Of a stretch of DNA of 45,433 bases, positions 27,369 to 36,103 are shown piece after piece. A program made the position numbers and the translations under genes. The notes below the pieces were generated by a model. It worked only from the letters and a program-made list of their open reading frames with translations. It had not been told where the DNA came from and made no database searches. Numbering within the stretch: the stretch's first letter is position 1; the number at the start of each line of letters is the position of its first letter. Source of the stretch: an uncultured Methanosarcinales archaeon (GTDB lineage Archaea > Nanobdellota > Nanobdellia > Woesearchaeales > GW2011-AR4); NCBI GenBank assembly GCA_964524225.1, contig CAZGEW010000002.1, positions 1 to 45,433 on the forward strand. The letters run 5' to 3'.

Positions 27369-27383
27369 CTCGGCGGGAGCATA
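27369..27383 (+). repeat. 15-nt direct repeat, copy 2 (duplicate of tRNA-Glu 3' end)
   Basis: ctcggcgggagcata, 38 nt after the GT2 stop. Confidence 0.8.
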
Positions 27384-27411
27384 CTATCTTCTTCGTTGAT
27401 GACAATCAGTA

Positions 27412-28341
27412 TTATATAGTAAAGGTCAATTCTTTTATCCTCTTAACAACATCATTTATTAAATAATCTGGTGTAGAAGCTCCGGCACTAACTCCAATTT
27501 TTTCCTTTCCAATAAACCATTCTTTTTGTAATTGTTCTTCTGATTGTATAAAATAGCTTTCTACTCCTAATTCTTTGCATTTTGCATAAAGCTCTTTTGA
27601 GTTGCTTGAGTTTTTGCCTCCAATGACAATCACGATATTAGATTCTTTCGCTAATTCCTCTGTATCAAATTGTCTTTGCTTTGTCGGATTGCATATGGTA
27701 TCAACATAGCCATATTTTTTTGTCAAGTCCTTCATACTTAGAGGAATCTCTTCAAACTTTGCATCAATTAATTTGGAGTTTACATCATCAATAAGTTTCT
27801 TAAATCCATAAACTGACATTGTTGTTTGTGCAATAATTGCTACCTTCTTAAAACTATTTTTATTTATGTAATCAACAACTAAATCTGATTGCTCTGGGCT
27901 TTCCGCAATAAAAGTTTCATTACCTTTTATGTAGTAGCTTGTACCTATGGCCTCTGGATGATTCTTCTTACCAAAAATTATTACCTCGTAACCATTCTTT
28001 TTTAGCTTTATAGCTACATTATGTACTAATGTAACAAGTGGGCATGTTGCATCATTTAGGTTTTTCCCTTTGACAATGGATTTTTTCTCAAGAATTTCAT
28101 AAGTAGTCCCAGGTTCACCATGGGCTCTTAAAATAGTAACAGCATTTTGTGGAATATTATTGATACCGTTAACAAAAACAACTCCTTTATCTTGAAGATT
28201 TTTTATTACCTTTTCATTATGCACAAGCTGGCCTAGAACATAAGTTTTTCCTTTGTTATTTAATGCAACTTCTTCTGCAATTTCAATTGCCTTTTTTACA
28301 CCAAAGCAGAATCCTGCATGCTTTGCAACTTTAATGTCCAT
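27412..28341 (-). CDS. ispH: 4-hydroxy-3-methylbut-2-enyl diphosphate reductase
   Basis: Three Fe-S cysteine contexts: AKHAGFCFGVKKAIE, DATCPLVTLVH and VDTICNPTKQRQ. Confidence 0.85.
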   Translation of the reverse strand: MDIKVAKHAGFCFGVKKAIEIAEEVALNNKGKTYVLGQLVHNEKVIKNLQDKGVVFVNGINNIPQNAVTILRAHGEPGTTYEILEKKSIVKGKNLNDATCPLVTLVHNVAIKLKKNGYEVIIFGKKNHPEAIGTSYYIKGNETFIAESPEQSDLVVDYINKNSFKKVAIIAQTTMSVYGFKKLIDDVNSKLIDAKFEEIPLSMKDLTKKYGYVDTICNPTKQRQFDTEELAKESNIVIVIGGKNSSNSKELYAKCKELGVESYFIQSEEQLQKEWFIGKEKIGVSAGASTPDYLINDVVKRIKELTFTI

Positions 28342-28368
28342 TTTTTTAGTTTGTTATACATAATTAAC

Positions 28369-28824
28369 TTATTCTCTGTCTAGCTCATGCGACTTAACAA
28401 TTGATTCATAAACTTCAATCATATCCTTTAACCAATCCCCTCTCTCAAATATTGACTTCCACTCAGGGTGAGAGTTATATTTTTTATATACCCATTCTAA
28501 TCCTTCTAGATTTGATAGAGGGAACATTCCATTAGAAATCTCTATACTATCAAATGATTTAGGATTGTAAGTTAATTTGGCAATTCCTCTTAAGTCAAAA
28601 TTCTTCACTAAATCGTCAATATGTACATCACCAAATACGGCAAATGTATTTTTAGGAAAGTTTGCATATCTAAATTGAAGAGTATGACTCATCTCATAAC
28701 GTGGTGGTAGCACGGATTTTGGAGTAACTAGAATTCTCTGGCCTGCATAAATCAGGACAGTCTCTGCCATTTTGTAAACTTGTTCTTCACTAATAGTTTT
28801 AATTGTCAAACTTGAAGTTTCCAT
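28369..28824 (-). CDS. hypothetical protein embedded between ispE and ispH
   Basis: 151-aa ORF on the same strand as the MEP genes. No family recognised. Confidence 0.5.
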   Translation of the reverse strand: METSSLTIKTISEEQVYKMAETVLIYAGQRILVTPKSVLPPRYEMSHTLQFRYANFPKNTFAVFGDVHIDDLVKNFDLRGIAKLTYNPKSFDSIEISNGMFPLSNLEGLEWVYKKYNSHPEWKSIFERGDWLKDMIEVYESIVKSHELDRE

Positions 28825-28999
28825 TTTTTTATTTTTTTATTGAAAATTTGACATTCACTTCTTCTGTAGTTGCTTCCTTTTGGGTTTCATTTTGCTGTTC
28901 AGTTGCTTGTTGGTTTATTTGTTCTACCTTTTGCTCAGGATTTTCTTTTTGCTCCTGTTTTTGTTTTTCTTCTTTTTCTTTTAATTTTAATTTCCGATT

Positions 29000-29848
29000 T
29001 TAAATAGTTTTTGTCAAGAAAACAAATGGGTAGTCATATTGCATCTTGAAAAATGCCTCTCTTGCCTCGTAAATGCTGTTGAATATACCAAAAACAGTTG
29101 GGCCTGAGCCTGAAACACATGCATTCAATGCATCATTTTTCAATAAATTATTCTCTATTTCATCTATGATTTTATATTTTTTAATAACAATAGGTTCAAA
29201 ATCATTATGCAAATTATTTGCTATGGCTTTAATATCTTTTTTTTCTAAAGCCTTGATAAGACTATTTATTTCCGATTTAGTCCTTACTCTCGATTTTTGT
29301 TTGTCAAATGCAGAGTAAGCCCACTTAGTAGAAATCCTAAAGCCAGGGTTTATAAGTACAATGTTAATGCTAAATGATTTCTTGACTCTTTTTATTTTTT
29401 CTCCTATGCCTCCAACTAATGCTACATTTTCACCTATAAAAAAGGGGGCATCAGAGCCTATTTGGGAAGCTATGTCAATAAGTTGCTTTTCTTTTAGCCT
29501 TAATCCCCATAGTTTGTTTAAGTTCAGCAACACTGTAGTTGCATTACTGCTTCCACCTCCTAAGCCAGCCTCAATTGGAATATTTTTTTCAATATAAATC
29601 CTAACTCCGTACTTTAATTTATATTTAGTTTTTAGTAACAAAGCAGCTTTATATGCAAGATTATTTTCATTTTCAAGCTCTTTGTTTGTACACTCCACAA
29701 TTATCCTATCATCACTTATAGGCTCAATTGTTATGGTATCGCTTAAGTCTATTTTTTGCATTACAGATTGTATGTTATGGTAACCTGAGCTTAGTTTTTT
29801 GCCTATTTTAAGATAAAGGTTTACTTTGGCGTAAGAGTTAAAAGGCAT
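29000..29848 (-). CDS. ispE: 4-diphosphocytidyl-2-C-methyl-D-erythritol kinase
   Basis: AKVNLYLKIGKK...GYHNIQSVMQKIDLSD and the GHMP motif PIEAGLGGGSSNATTVLL. Confidence 0.8.
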   Translation of the reverse strand: MPFNSYAKVNLYLKIGKKLSSGYHNIQSVMQKIDLSDTITIEPISDDRIIVECTNKELENENNLAYKAALLLKTKYKLKYGVRIYIEKNIPIEAGLGGGSSNATTVLLNLNKLWGLRLKEKQLIDIASQIGSDAPFFIGENVALVGGIGEKIKRVKKSFSINIVLINPGFRISTKWAYSAFDKQKSRVRTKSEINSLIKALEKKDIKAIANNLHNDFEPIVIKKYKIIDEIENNLLKNDALNACVSGSGPTVFGIFNSIYEAREAFFKMQYDYPFVFLTKTI

Positions 29849-30008
29849 ATTTAACTTGGAATTTTAATGATTTATTAAATTTATGTATAATTTTTTAACT
29901 ACTTGATAGAAACAAAAGATTTTTATAATAGGGTAGGTTAATACTATTTACTCAAGAATAACTTAGATTGAGCTTTGCAATGGGTACACAAATTCCAAGT
30001 AATGATAA

Positions 30009-30302
30009 ACTGAAAAACAAATAAGTATAGAAGTTGATCGTAGGGGAAGCATAGTCATTATTGGTTCTACTGACAAGATTGAAGGGTTTGAAGAGAATGA
30101 CAATTTACGTTACATTATTTCAAATGGGAGAGATTTTTTAAAAGGAGCAGTTGTAGGCCCTCATCCATTTCATATTGTTGGTGAACTGACAAGTTGTGTA
30201 GTGGATAATATTGAAAAAGCACTTGAGCAAATGGGCTATAATGGAGCTCTAACACTACCTCCTTGGAGAATTTACAAGAAAGAGGATAACTATCATTCTT
30301 AA
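30009..30302 (+). pseudogene. ~97-codon open frame without ATG start (possible gene remnant)
   Basis: Hand reading finds the frame open from about 30009 to a TAA at 30300-30302 (..RGSIVIIGSTDKIEGFEENDNLRYIISNGRDFLKGAVVGPHPFHIVGELTSCVVDNIEKALEQMGYNG..). There is no in-frame ATG near the 5' end. A 14-codon ATG ORF (29980-30024) lies just upstream in another frame. Confidence 0.25.
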
Positions 30303-31513
30303 ACCAAAGTTACAACAACAAAGCATTGCATTCCTTTAGCTTGTCCAAAAGATGTCAGGTTTTCTCCTGTTGTATAGGTAATCCCTATATTTTCTTTGTC
30401 TAACCCTAATATTTTTGAAAGTGATTGTATTATCTCCTCTGAATAAATTTCTAGTTTTGGTTTAATTGCTTCGATTGTAATTGATATATTGTTTAGTCGA
30501 TAATTCTTTTGCTTCATTTTATTTAAAATAACTTTTAAATATTCTTTACTGTTTGTCACACCTTTTTTGCACATCTCGTCTGAGTAGTGCCCTAATGACT
30601 TATCTCCAATAGCAGAGCTTATTGCATTGAATAATGCATGCAAAATAATATCTCCATCAGAGTTTGCTTCTAATCCAATTTCATTAGTTATTACATAGCC
30701 ACCTAAAATTAATTTTTTATTTTTGTTGATTGAAAATCTATGGCTATCGTGACCAATTCCGATTCGAAAAAATTTTTTTTTGCTTTTTATTCTTTTCATC
30801 AAAATCCCTTCTGCAATGCTTAAATCATCTTGTGTTGTTATTTTTATATTTTCGTAAGAGCACTCAATAATTTTCACTTTTTTGCCTAGCGCCTCAACTA
30901 AAGAGACATCGTCACTAAATCTCAATTTTTTCTTTTTTGCATTCTTAAAAGCTTCAACAAATAAGCCATATTTAATAGCTTGAGGAGTTTGAACTTGATA
31001 AACATTAGTTCTATCCATTGTTTTTTCAACAAAACAATCTCTTATCCTTTTAATTGTATCCTTTAAGCGAAATCCGGCAACTGCAGCACCATATTTTTTT
31101 GCTGCATTAATGCATTCAATTATTTCAGTTTCTTTAACTAATGGGTTGCTACCATTATGCACAACAATAATGTCCTTGCTTTTTGCATTTTTTATTGACA
31201 TTAAACCATTATAAACAGAGTCTTGCCTTTCTTTACCACCATTAATAACATACTTTATTTTATCAAATGCAAAAAAATTTTTGTGTGGCATGCAAGGCGA
31301 GCTCGTATCGCCTCGCTCGCCAAGTACCTCAAAAATTTTTTTGAAATATTCTTTTTGTGTTACAACAACAATCTCGTCAATTAACTTACAATCTTGAAAA
31401 GTTTTTATTGTGTAATAAATGATTGGATTATTTAATAATGGAAGAAATACTTTATTAATATTTACTTTCATTCTTTTGCTTTTGCCAGCGGCTAAGATAA
31501 TTGCGAAGTTCAT
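30299..31513 (-). CDS. ispDF: bifunctional IspD/IspF (MEP cytidylyltransferase / MEcPP synthase)
   Basis: N-terminal IILAAGKSKRM...GGKERQDSV (IspD) and C-terminal RIGIGHDSHRF...SDGDIILHAL (IspF). Confidence 0.85.
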   Translation of the reverse strand: MNFAIILAAGKSKRMKVNINKVFLPLLNNPIIYYTIKTFQDCKLIDEIVVVTQKEYFKKIFEVLGERGDTSSPCMPHKNFFAFDKIKYVINGGKERQDSVYNGLMSIKNAKSKDIIVVHNGSNPLVKETEIIECINAAKKYGAAVAGFRLKDTIKRIRDCFVEKTMDRTNVYQVQTPQAIKYGLFVEAFKNAKKKKLRFSDDVSLVEALGKKVKIIECSYENIKITTQDDLSIAEGILMKRIKSKKKFFRIGIGHDSHRFSINKNKKLILGGYVITNEIGLEANSDGDIILHALFNAISSAIGDKSLGHYSDEMCKKGVTNSKEYLKVILNKMKQKNYRLNNISITIEAIKPKLEIYSEEIIQSLSKILGLDKENIGITYTTGENLTSFGQAKGMQCFVVVTLV

Positions 31514-31524
31514 TTTTTAGAAAT

Positions 31525-33219
31525 TTAATAATTAATATGCAATTTGTTTAAAATTCTAATAGAATCTATTTTCTCTTGGCTTCTTACAACTGCCTCTTCT
31601 ATGAAAAATTTAGTTGCAAATTTTAATGCATCTTTTGTAATTTCAATATACTCATCATTTTTTGCTGAGAAATAACTAACTAAAGACATTGCAGAAGCAA
31701 GTTGTAATGCTCTTCGTTCTAACCTAGCACTAAAAGGTATAAATTGGAACTTTTCTTGAATTTCTTTAATTATAAAATCTCTCGCTTTTTCTATTTCTTG
31801 ATAAAGTTCTTCTGTAAGCAAAACATTTTTTTGAGGAAACTTGTCTTTTAATAATTCGTGTCTTGTAAGAATAGCATAAACTAAAGTTACATGGTCTCTA
31901 ATTTTAGTAGCATACTCCATTCTTATTTTCCCTAGCGCTAATTTTTTCTGGCTTTGGACAATTTCATTAAACCTTTCCTTTGTCATTTTATGCAAACTAC
32001 ATAACATTCTATCTTCAATAGCATTAAAATTTGGGTCGGATATAGTTACTTTGTATCCTTGCTCCAAAGTCTTTGTATTATAATTTGTTGCAAAAAACGA
32101 ATTGAACCTGTAAGGACCTACTACACCAGTCTTTGTTTCATATCTTATATCCCTTTGCTCCATAGCCAATTTTAATGGTTCAACCATACCTTTATACTTA
32201 AACCAGTCGTTAAACTCCGGTACAATAAAATTAAATCTTCTATTCTGATACGCCTCTCCTATACATATGAATCTTACAGGCGTTATTCCACCACAATATC
32301 TATTTCTTCCTGGCAGACCATGAGCTAAAACTCCTTTTCTTTTATCCCCTCTAATCATATCATCAACAGCAAATGTTTTCCCAGTACCAGGAGCACCAAA
32401 AAAAGCCAAATTAAAGCCCGTGGTCATAGCAACTGTACCTTCTGGATTGAAGACAGTAGTGTCAGATAAAGAATACTGGTGCGTTATACCCAAAACACTA
32501 TCAAAATAAAGAATATGTCCAAACATTTTTTTAATATAATCAGCTATAAAATTTACTGTAAGTGATTTACCAAATTCTATAGTTTCATCAAGTCTTTCTT
32601 CTACAAGTTCTTTAAGATAATTTTCAAACTCATCATCCATTTTTTTGATTTCTTCTAATTCCTCTGCTGCTGCATCTGTGGTTACTGGAACTAGAGCTTT
32701 AGTTTTAATATATTCAGAATTTAGAATTTCCTTTACTAATGGTATAGTTTCTTCGTATAAGGAATAAGCGATTGTTCCATTTTTATCTATCTTTTCGATT
32801 ATATTATAACCGATTATCTTGTCTAAAGGATTTCTTACTTTTGGAAATCGAGCTTTTAAAACAGTAAAGTCAATAGGCAACTCATTTGTATTTGATTTTG
32901 CAACAAAGAATTCTAGAAGTTCTTTTACCATAACTCCTTGGTCGCTATATATACACTCAATAATATTTTTTTTGAATTTATTCCACGAACTGTCTATTGT
33001 AAGATTTCCATTTAGTACTGTATAATATCTTCCAAAAAAATTCTTATTTATATTTTTGCCGCTCTTTTCGAAAATATTTTTTGCACCTTCAAAAATCTCA
33101 ATCAAATCTTCCTCTGTTTTTATTTTAGATACTATCAGTTTGGTTTGTCCTATTTCATATCCAAAGAACTTCTTGAATATTAATTCAATTTCCTTTATCT
33201 TTTCATTGTCAAGAGTCAT
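31525..33219 (-). CDS. AAA+ ATPase of the MoxR/MCM/ChlI (helix-2-insert) type with ~260-aa N-terminal region
   Basis: Walker A FFGAPGTGKT (aa 273-282), Walker B-like FNFIVPEFND, LKLAMEQRDIRYETKTG (compare MCM AMEQQTISIAKAG and MoxR LEAMQE), sensor-1 FFATN, IEDRM (compare LLDRF). Its ATG directly abuts the stop of the methyltransferase gene. Confidence 0.6.
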   Translation of the reverse strand: MTLDNEKIKEIELIFKKFFGYEIGQTKLIVSKIKTEEDLIEIFEGAKNIFEKSGKNINKNFFGRYYTVLNGNLTIDSSWNKFKKNIIECIYSDQGVMVKELLEFFVAKSNTNELPIDFTVLKARFPKVRNPLDKIIGYNIIEKIDKNGTIAYSLYEETIPLVKEILNSEYIKTKALVPVTTDAAAEELEEIKKMDDEFENYLKELVEERLDETIEFGKSLTVNFIADYIKKMFGHILYFDSVLGITHQYSLSDTTVFNPEGTVAMTTGFNLAFFGAPGTGKTFAVDDMIRGDKRKGVLAHGLPGRNRYCGGITPVRFICIGEAYQNRRFNFIVPEFNDWFKYKGMVEPLKLAMEQRDIRYETKTGVVGPYRFNSFFATNYNTKTLEQGYKVTISDPNFNAIEDRMLCSLHKMTKERFNEIVQSQKKLALGKIRMEYATKIRDHVTLVYAILTRHELLKDKFPQKNVLLTEELYQEIEKARDFIIKEIQEKFQFIPFSARLERRALQLASAMSLVSYFSAKNDEYIEITKDALKFATKFFIEEAVVRSQEKIDSIRILNKLHINY

Positions 33220-35940
33220 CTAAACCACTTCTTTAGCTTTGTCTTCTATGTTTATCCCTTTTTTATTTTTTATATCTGAAAATAATAAATATTTTATTTT
33301 TTTATGTAGTTTGTCTTTTCTGTTTGCTAAAGAGCCAATTTTATTTATGGCTTCTTTTTCCCTAATATCTGGGATAACAATATAAGCAGGAATGTTTTGA
33401 TTTGGTGTTGCAGCAAATAAATTTCTAAACCTATTTATTCCGCTGTCTATTGTTGTGCTTTTCTCTATTTCAAAGGCTGCAACTATTGTGTCTCCTTTTA
33501 ACCATAACAAATCAATTTCTCTTATAATATCAAATGCCTGTCGATTTAGTCCATATTGCACATTATTACCCATAGGGGTGCTCATTTTTCTAAATTCAAC
33601 ATATTTTCTTTGTTCTGTTTGACCGATATGAGATGAGTATCCTTCATCGTCTCCTAAAGCTGCCAATTGTTTTATCATTAGGTCATGGAGTGATTCTTCT
33701 GTTGTGAGTTCTTCTCCTGTTAAAGTCTGCTGAGCAACCTTTGGCTTCTCTCTTTTTTCTACAAAATGCAAAAGTTGCTGTTGTGCTTGTGAGCCGAGTT
33801 CTTTAAGTTGCCAAGTTCTTTCGTCTTTCTTTTCTGCTATTCTATTGAGAACTTTAGAAATCTCTTCATATTCTGCAGCATTTCCATTTATTAAGTTAGT
33901 AAAAACTGCTTCAAGAACTTCATCCATAGTTGCTTGTTTCCTTTCATAAAGCAATGAACGTATTAGGTATTCAATTCTAGCTTCGACGGGAACATACTCT
34001 ATTGGCTTAACTTCGCCTTTTTCATCAATATTCTCTTTAAAATACCACTTTCCATTTTTTTCGACAAAATCTTTTTTTAAGAAGGGGGTAATATCCTTTT
34101 CTCCAAATCTATGTAGTAACCCATTATTTAATAAAAATGGAACTAACCTCATGTAAATTGTTGATAACTTAGCACCACCATGATATTCAATTGTTTCACC
34201 TGCAACTTTTCTTACTTTATTGCCAATTTCAACTTCTTCAATCATCTTTATTTCTGGTTTCTTTTCTGCTTTTTGGAAGGATAAGACGAAATCACCGAGC
34301 ATTGAACCAGTTCTTCGAGTTTGGATTGTATTAACATATTGTTGTATTGGTGGTTGATAAATCAACCCATCTTCTTCCGAGAGAATAAATCCTGCGTCAT
34401 GAGCTGCAAGGTGGATGGCATTCCATACAGCAAAATCTTTGTTATGGAAAGTCATTACCATCCATCTTCGTGGTTTAAGAACACGATAACATTCTTTGAA
34501 TATTTTGTATAGCAAATCTCGATACTCCCTAAGACTCCTTCCATGTTCTTTACTTACTACTGCTTCTTCTTTATCATCAATCATAGACTCTTTGTTGAGT
34601 ATGCCGCTAACCCATATCCAATAAAAATTGCTGAGTTCCGCGTATAATACATTATTTCCATAAGGAGGATCTGTTATTATAACATCTACAGATGCATCGA
34701 GTGCGGGAATTTTTGTTGAACTACCCATGTATGTAAAACACGAGGAATTTTGCAAATCTGCGAATTTCTTTGCAAAAGAACAATATGTACCAATTTCTTG
34801 ATTAGAATATTTTTTACCTCTACTAATCGCATTTTGTCTGTTCTCCCAAGCATCCCAAACATTAATCTCACAAAAAACCTCAGGTAACCAATAAACGCTA
34901 CTTGCCCATTCAATGGGTTTACCTCCTTGCCATCCGGGATTCCTGAATACTATTCTATTTGTAAATCTCAGAGAAGCGCTAAAGATGAAAGTTAAAAGTG
35001 ATTTTATATCTTCATTTACCTTAAGTTTTTTTATCTCTGTAGCTAATATTGTGTTGGCAAGAAGATTACGATTTGTGAACCATTCTGTAAAAGATTTAAT
35101 ATGAGCGTTGTAAGGTCTTCTTAGCTCCCACCAATCAGGCATCTTTGATTTGGGATACCATAAATTTTCTTTTTTGATTATTCCTAAAGCATTTTTACTA
35201 ATTTTAGATGCTAATTTTAAATCTTCTAGTTTTGGTTTAAAATTAATTTTATTTTTACATTTAGGACAGTCTAACTGAACCAAAATCAATTCTTCACCTA
35301 TCCTTTCACATTCGGAAGGTCTAAACTCTTCATTACATCCTTTATTGCAACATCTAAATTTCCCAGCTGACACGCCAGCAATTTTTTCACCTTTACCCAC
35401 TCTTTGAGCATCATTAAGTATAACTGGTTTTTTACAACCTTTGCATTTTACGACATTACTCCACTCGAACCAATTAGCTGGAACTTCTGATTTACATTTT
35501 GGGCAAGTAGTGAGATATAAAGAATCTATCTTAGGTTTACATTTCTCCTTGATTTTTAAAAGAATATCCTCAAAATTCTTGAGATCTGCATATAGGACTT
35601 CATTTTCCGTAATAAACGTCGCCATTGGATTCAGGTCAACACCAATCACTTTTCTTCTCAATCTTAAAGCTTCAACAACAGTAACACCACCTCCACAAAA
35701 AGGGTCAAGAATTATGCTTCCAGGATTAGAATAATGCCTAATCAATTCATTGAAAACAGAATAAGGTCTTCTTGCAAAATATCTGTGCATCTTGTAAATA
35801 GGAGTATGTGGTTTAGCAAGAGTTCCATGGTCAATAGGCTTTAAGTTATCTAAATCTTTAAGCCCTTCCTCTTTTATCTGTTTATTTATAAAATCTTCAG
35901 TAGTTTTTGGCTCGTCATTGTTTAGATTCATTTTCACCAA
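33220..35940 (-). CDS. Zn-ribbon DNA methyltransferase (DUF1156/COG1743-like architecture) with C-terminal restriction-endonuclease-like domain
   Basis: 906 aa. HRYFARRP, then motif I ILDPFCGGGVT (aa 77-87). Two Cys4 clusters (CPKC...CKGC at aa 146-169; CCNKGC...CPKC at aa 197-228). Motif IV IITDPPYG (aa 421-428). C-terminal IREID(810)LLWLKGDTIVAAFE(824)IEK(827)STTIDSGINRFRNL. Confidence 0.75.
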   Translation of the reverse strand: MVKMNLNNDEPKTTEDFINKQIKEEGLKDLDNLKPIDHGTLAKPHTPIYKMHRYFARRPYSVFNELIRHYSNPGSIILDPFCGGGVTVVEALRLRRKVIGVDLNPMATFITENEVLYADLKNFEDILLKIKEKCKPKIDSLYLTTCPKCKSEVPANWFEWSNVVKCKGCKKPVILNDAQRVGKGEKIAGVSAGKFRCCNKGCNEEFRPSECERIGEELILVQLDCPKCKNKINFKPKLEDLKLASKISKNALGIIKKENLWYPKSKMPDWWELRRPYNAHIKSFTEWFTNRNLLANTILATEIKKLKVNEDIKSLLTFIFSASLRFTNRIVFRNPGWQGGKPIEWASSVYWLPEVFCEINVWDAWENRQNAISRGKKYSNQEIGTYCSFAKKFADLQNSSCFTYMGSSTKIPALDASVDVIITDPPYGNNVLYAELSNFYWIWVSGILNKESMIDDKEEAVVSKEHGRSLREYRDLLYKIFKECYRVLKPRRWMVMTFHNKDFAVWNAIHLAAHDAGFILSEEDGLIYQPPIQQYVNTIQTRRTGSMLGDFVLSFQKAEKKPEIKMIEEVEIGNKVRKVAGETIEYHGGAKLSTIYMRLVPFLLNNGLLHRFGEKDITPFLKKDFVEKNGKWYFKENIDEKGEVKPIEYVPVEARIEYLIRSLLYERKQATMDEVLEAVFTNLINGNAAEYEEISKVLNRIAEKKDERTWQLKELGSQAQQQLLHFVEKREKPKVAQQTLTGEELTTEESLHDLMIKQLAALGDDEGYSSHIGQTEQRKYVEFRKMSTPMGNNVQYGLNRQAFDIIREIDLLWLKGDTIVAAFEIEKSTTIDSGINRFRNLFAATPNQNIPAYIVIPDIREKEAINKIGSLANRKDKLHKKIKYLLFSDIKNKKGINIEDKAKEVV

Positions 35941-36085
35941 CTTTTTGTAATACCTTTTGCATAAATAATTCCACTTGTTTTGATAGTATTATCCCTTTCT
36001 TATCACAATAGGCTTTGTATCTATTATAAATATCTTTTTCAATGCTTAGTGCAATAGTTTTCTTGACCAAATTTATCACCCTCAT
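35915..36085 (-). CDS. ribbon-helix-helix (CopG/Arc-like) protein, candidate controller of the downstream module
   Basis: MRVINLVKKTIALSIEKDIYNRYKAYCDKKGIILSKQVELFMQKVL shows a beta-alpha-alpha pattern. Start trimmed to Met12 because a TATA box overlaps the first 11 codons. The 3' end overlaps the methyltransferase start by 26 nt. Confidence 0.55.
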   Translation of the reverse strand: MRVINLVKKTIALSIEKDIYNRYKAYCDKKGIILSKQVELFMQKVLQKVGENESKQ

Positions 36086-36103
36086 ATAAGCATATATGAA
36101 CCT

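Noticed and set aside
25566-27403. Similarity between ttcgtgttgatgaaag (just before the first 15-nt repeat copy) and ttcgttgatgac (just after the second copy). I considered it as evidence for split-tRNA halves or a longer att site.
   Set aside because: The match is short and gapped, and it sits on opposite sides of the repeat copies. That is insufficient to support a split or permuted tRNA model.
28825-28999. A 54-codon E/K/Q-rich frame that continues in frame after the ispE stop codon, considered as a possible read-through extension or small ORF.
   Set aside because: It has no start codon. It lies on a purine-rich low-complexity strand where stop codons are rare by composition. Nothing suggests programmed read-through.
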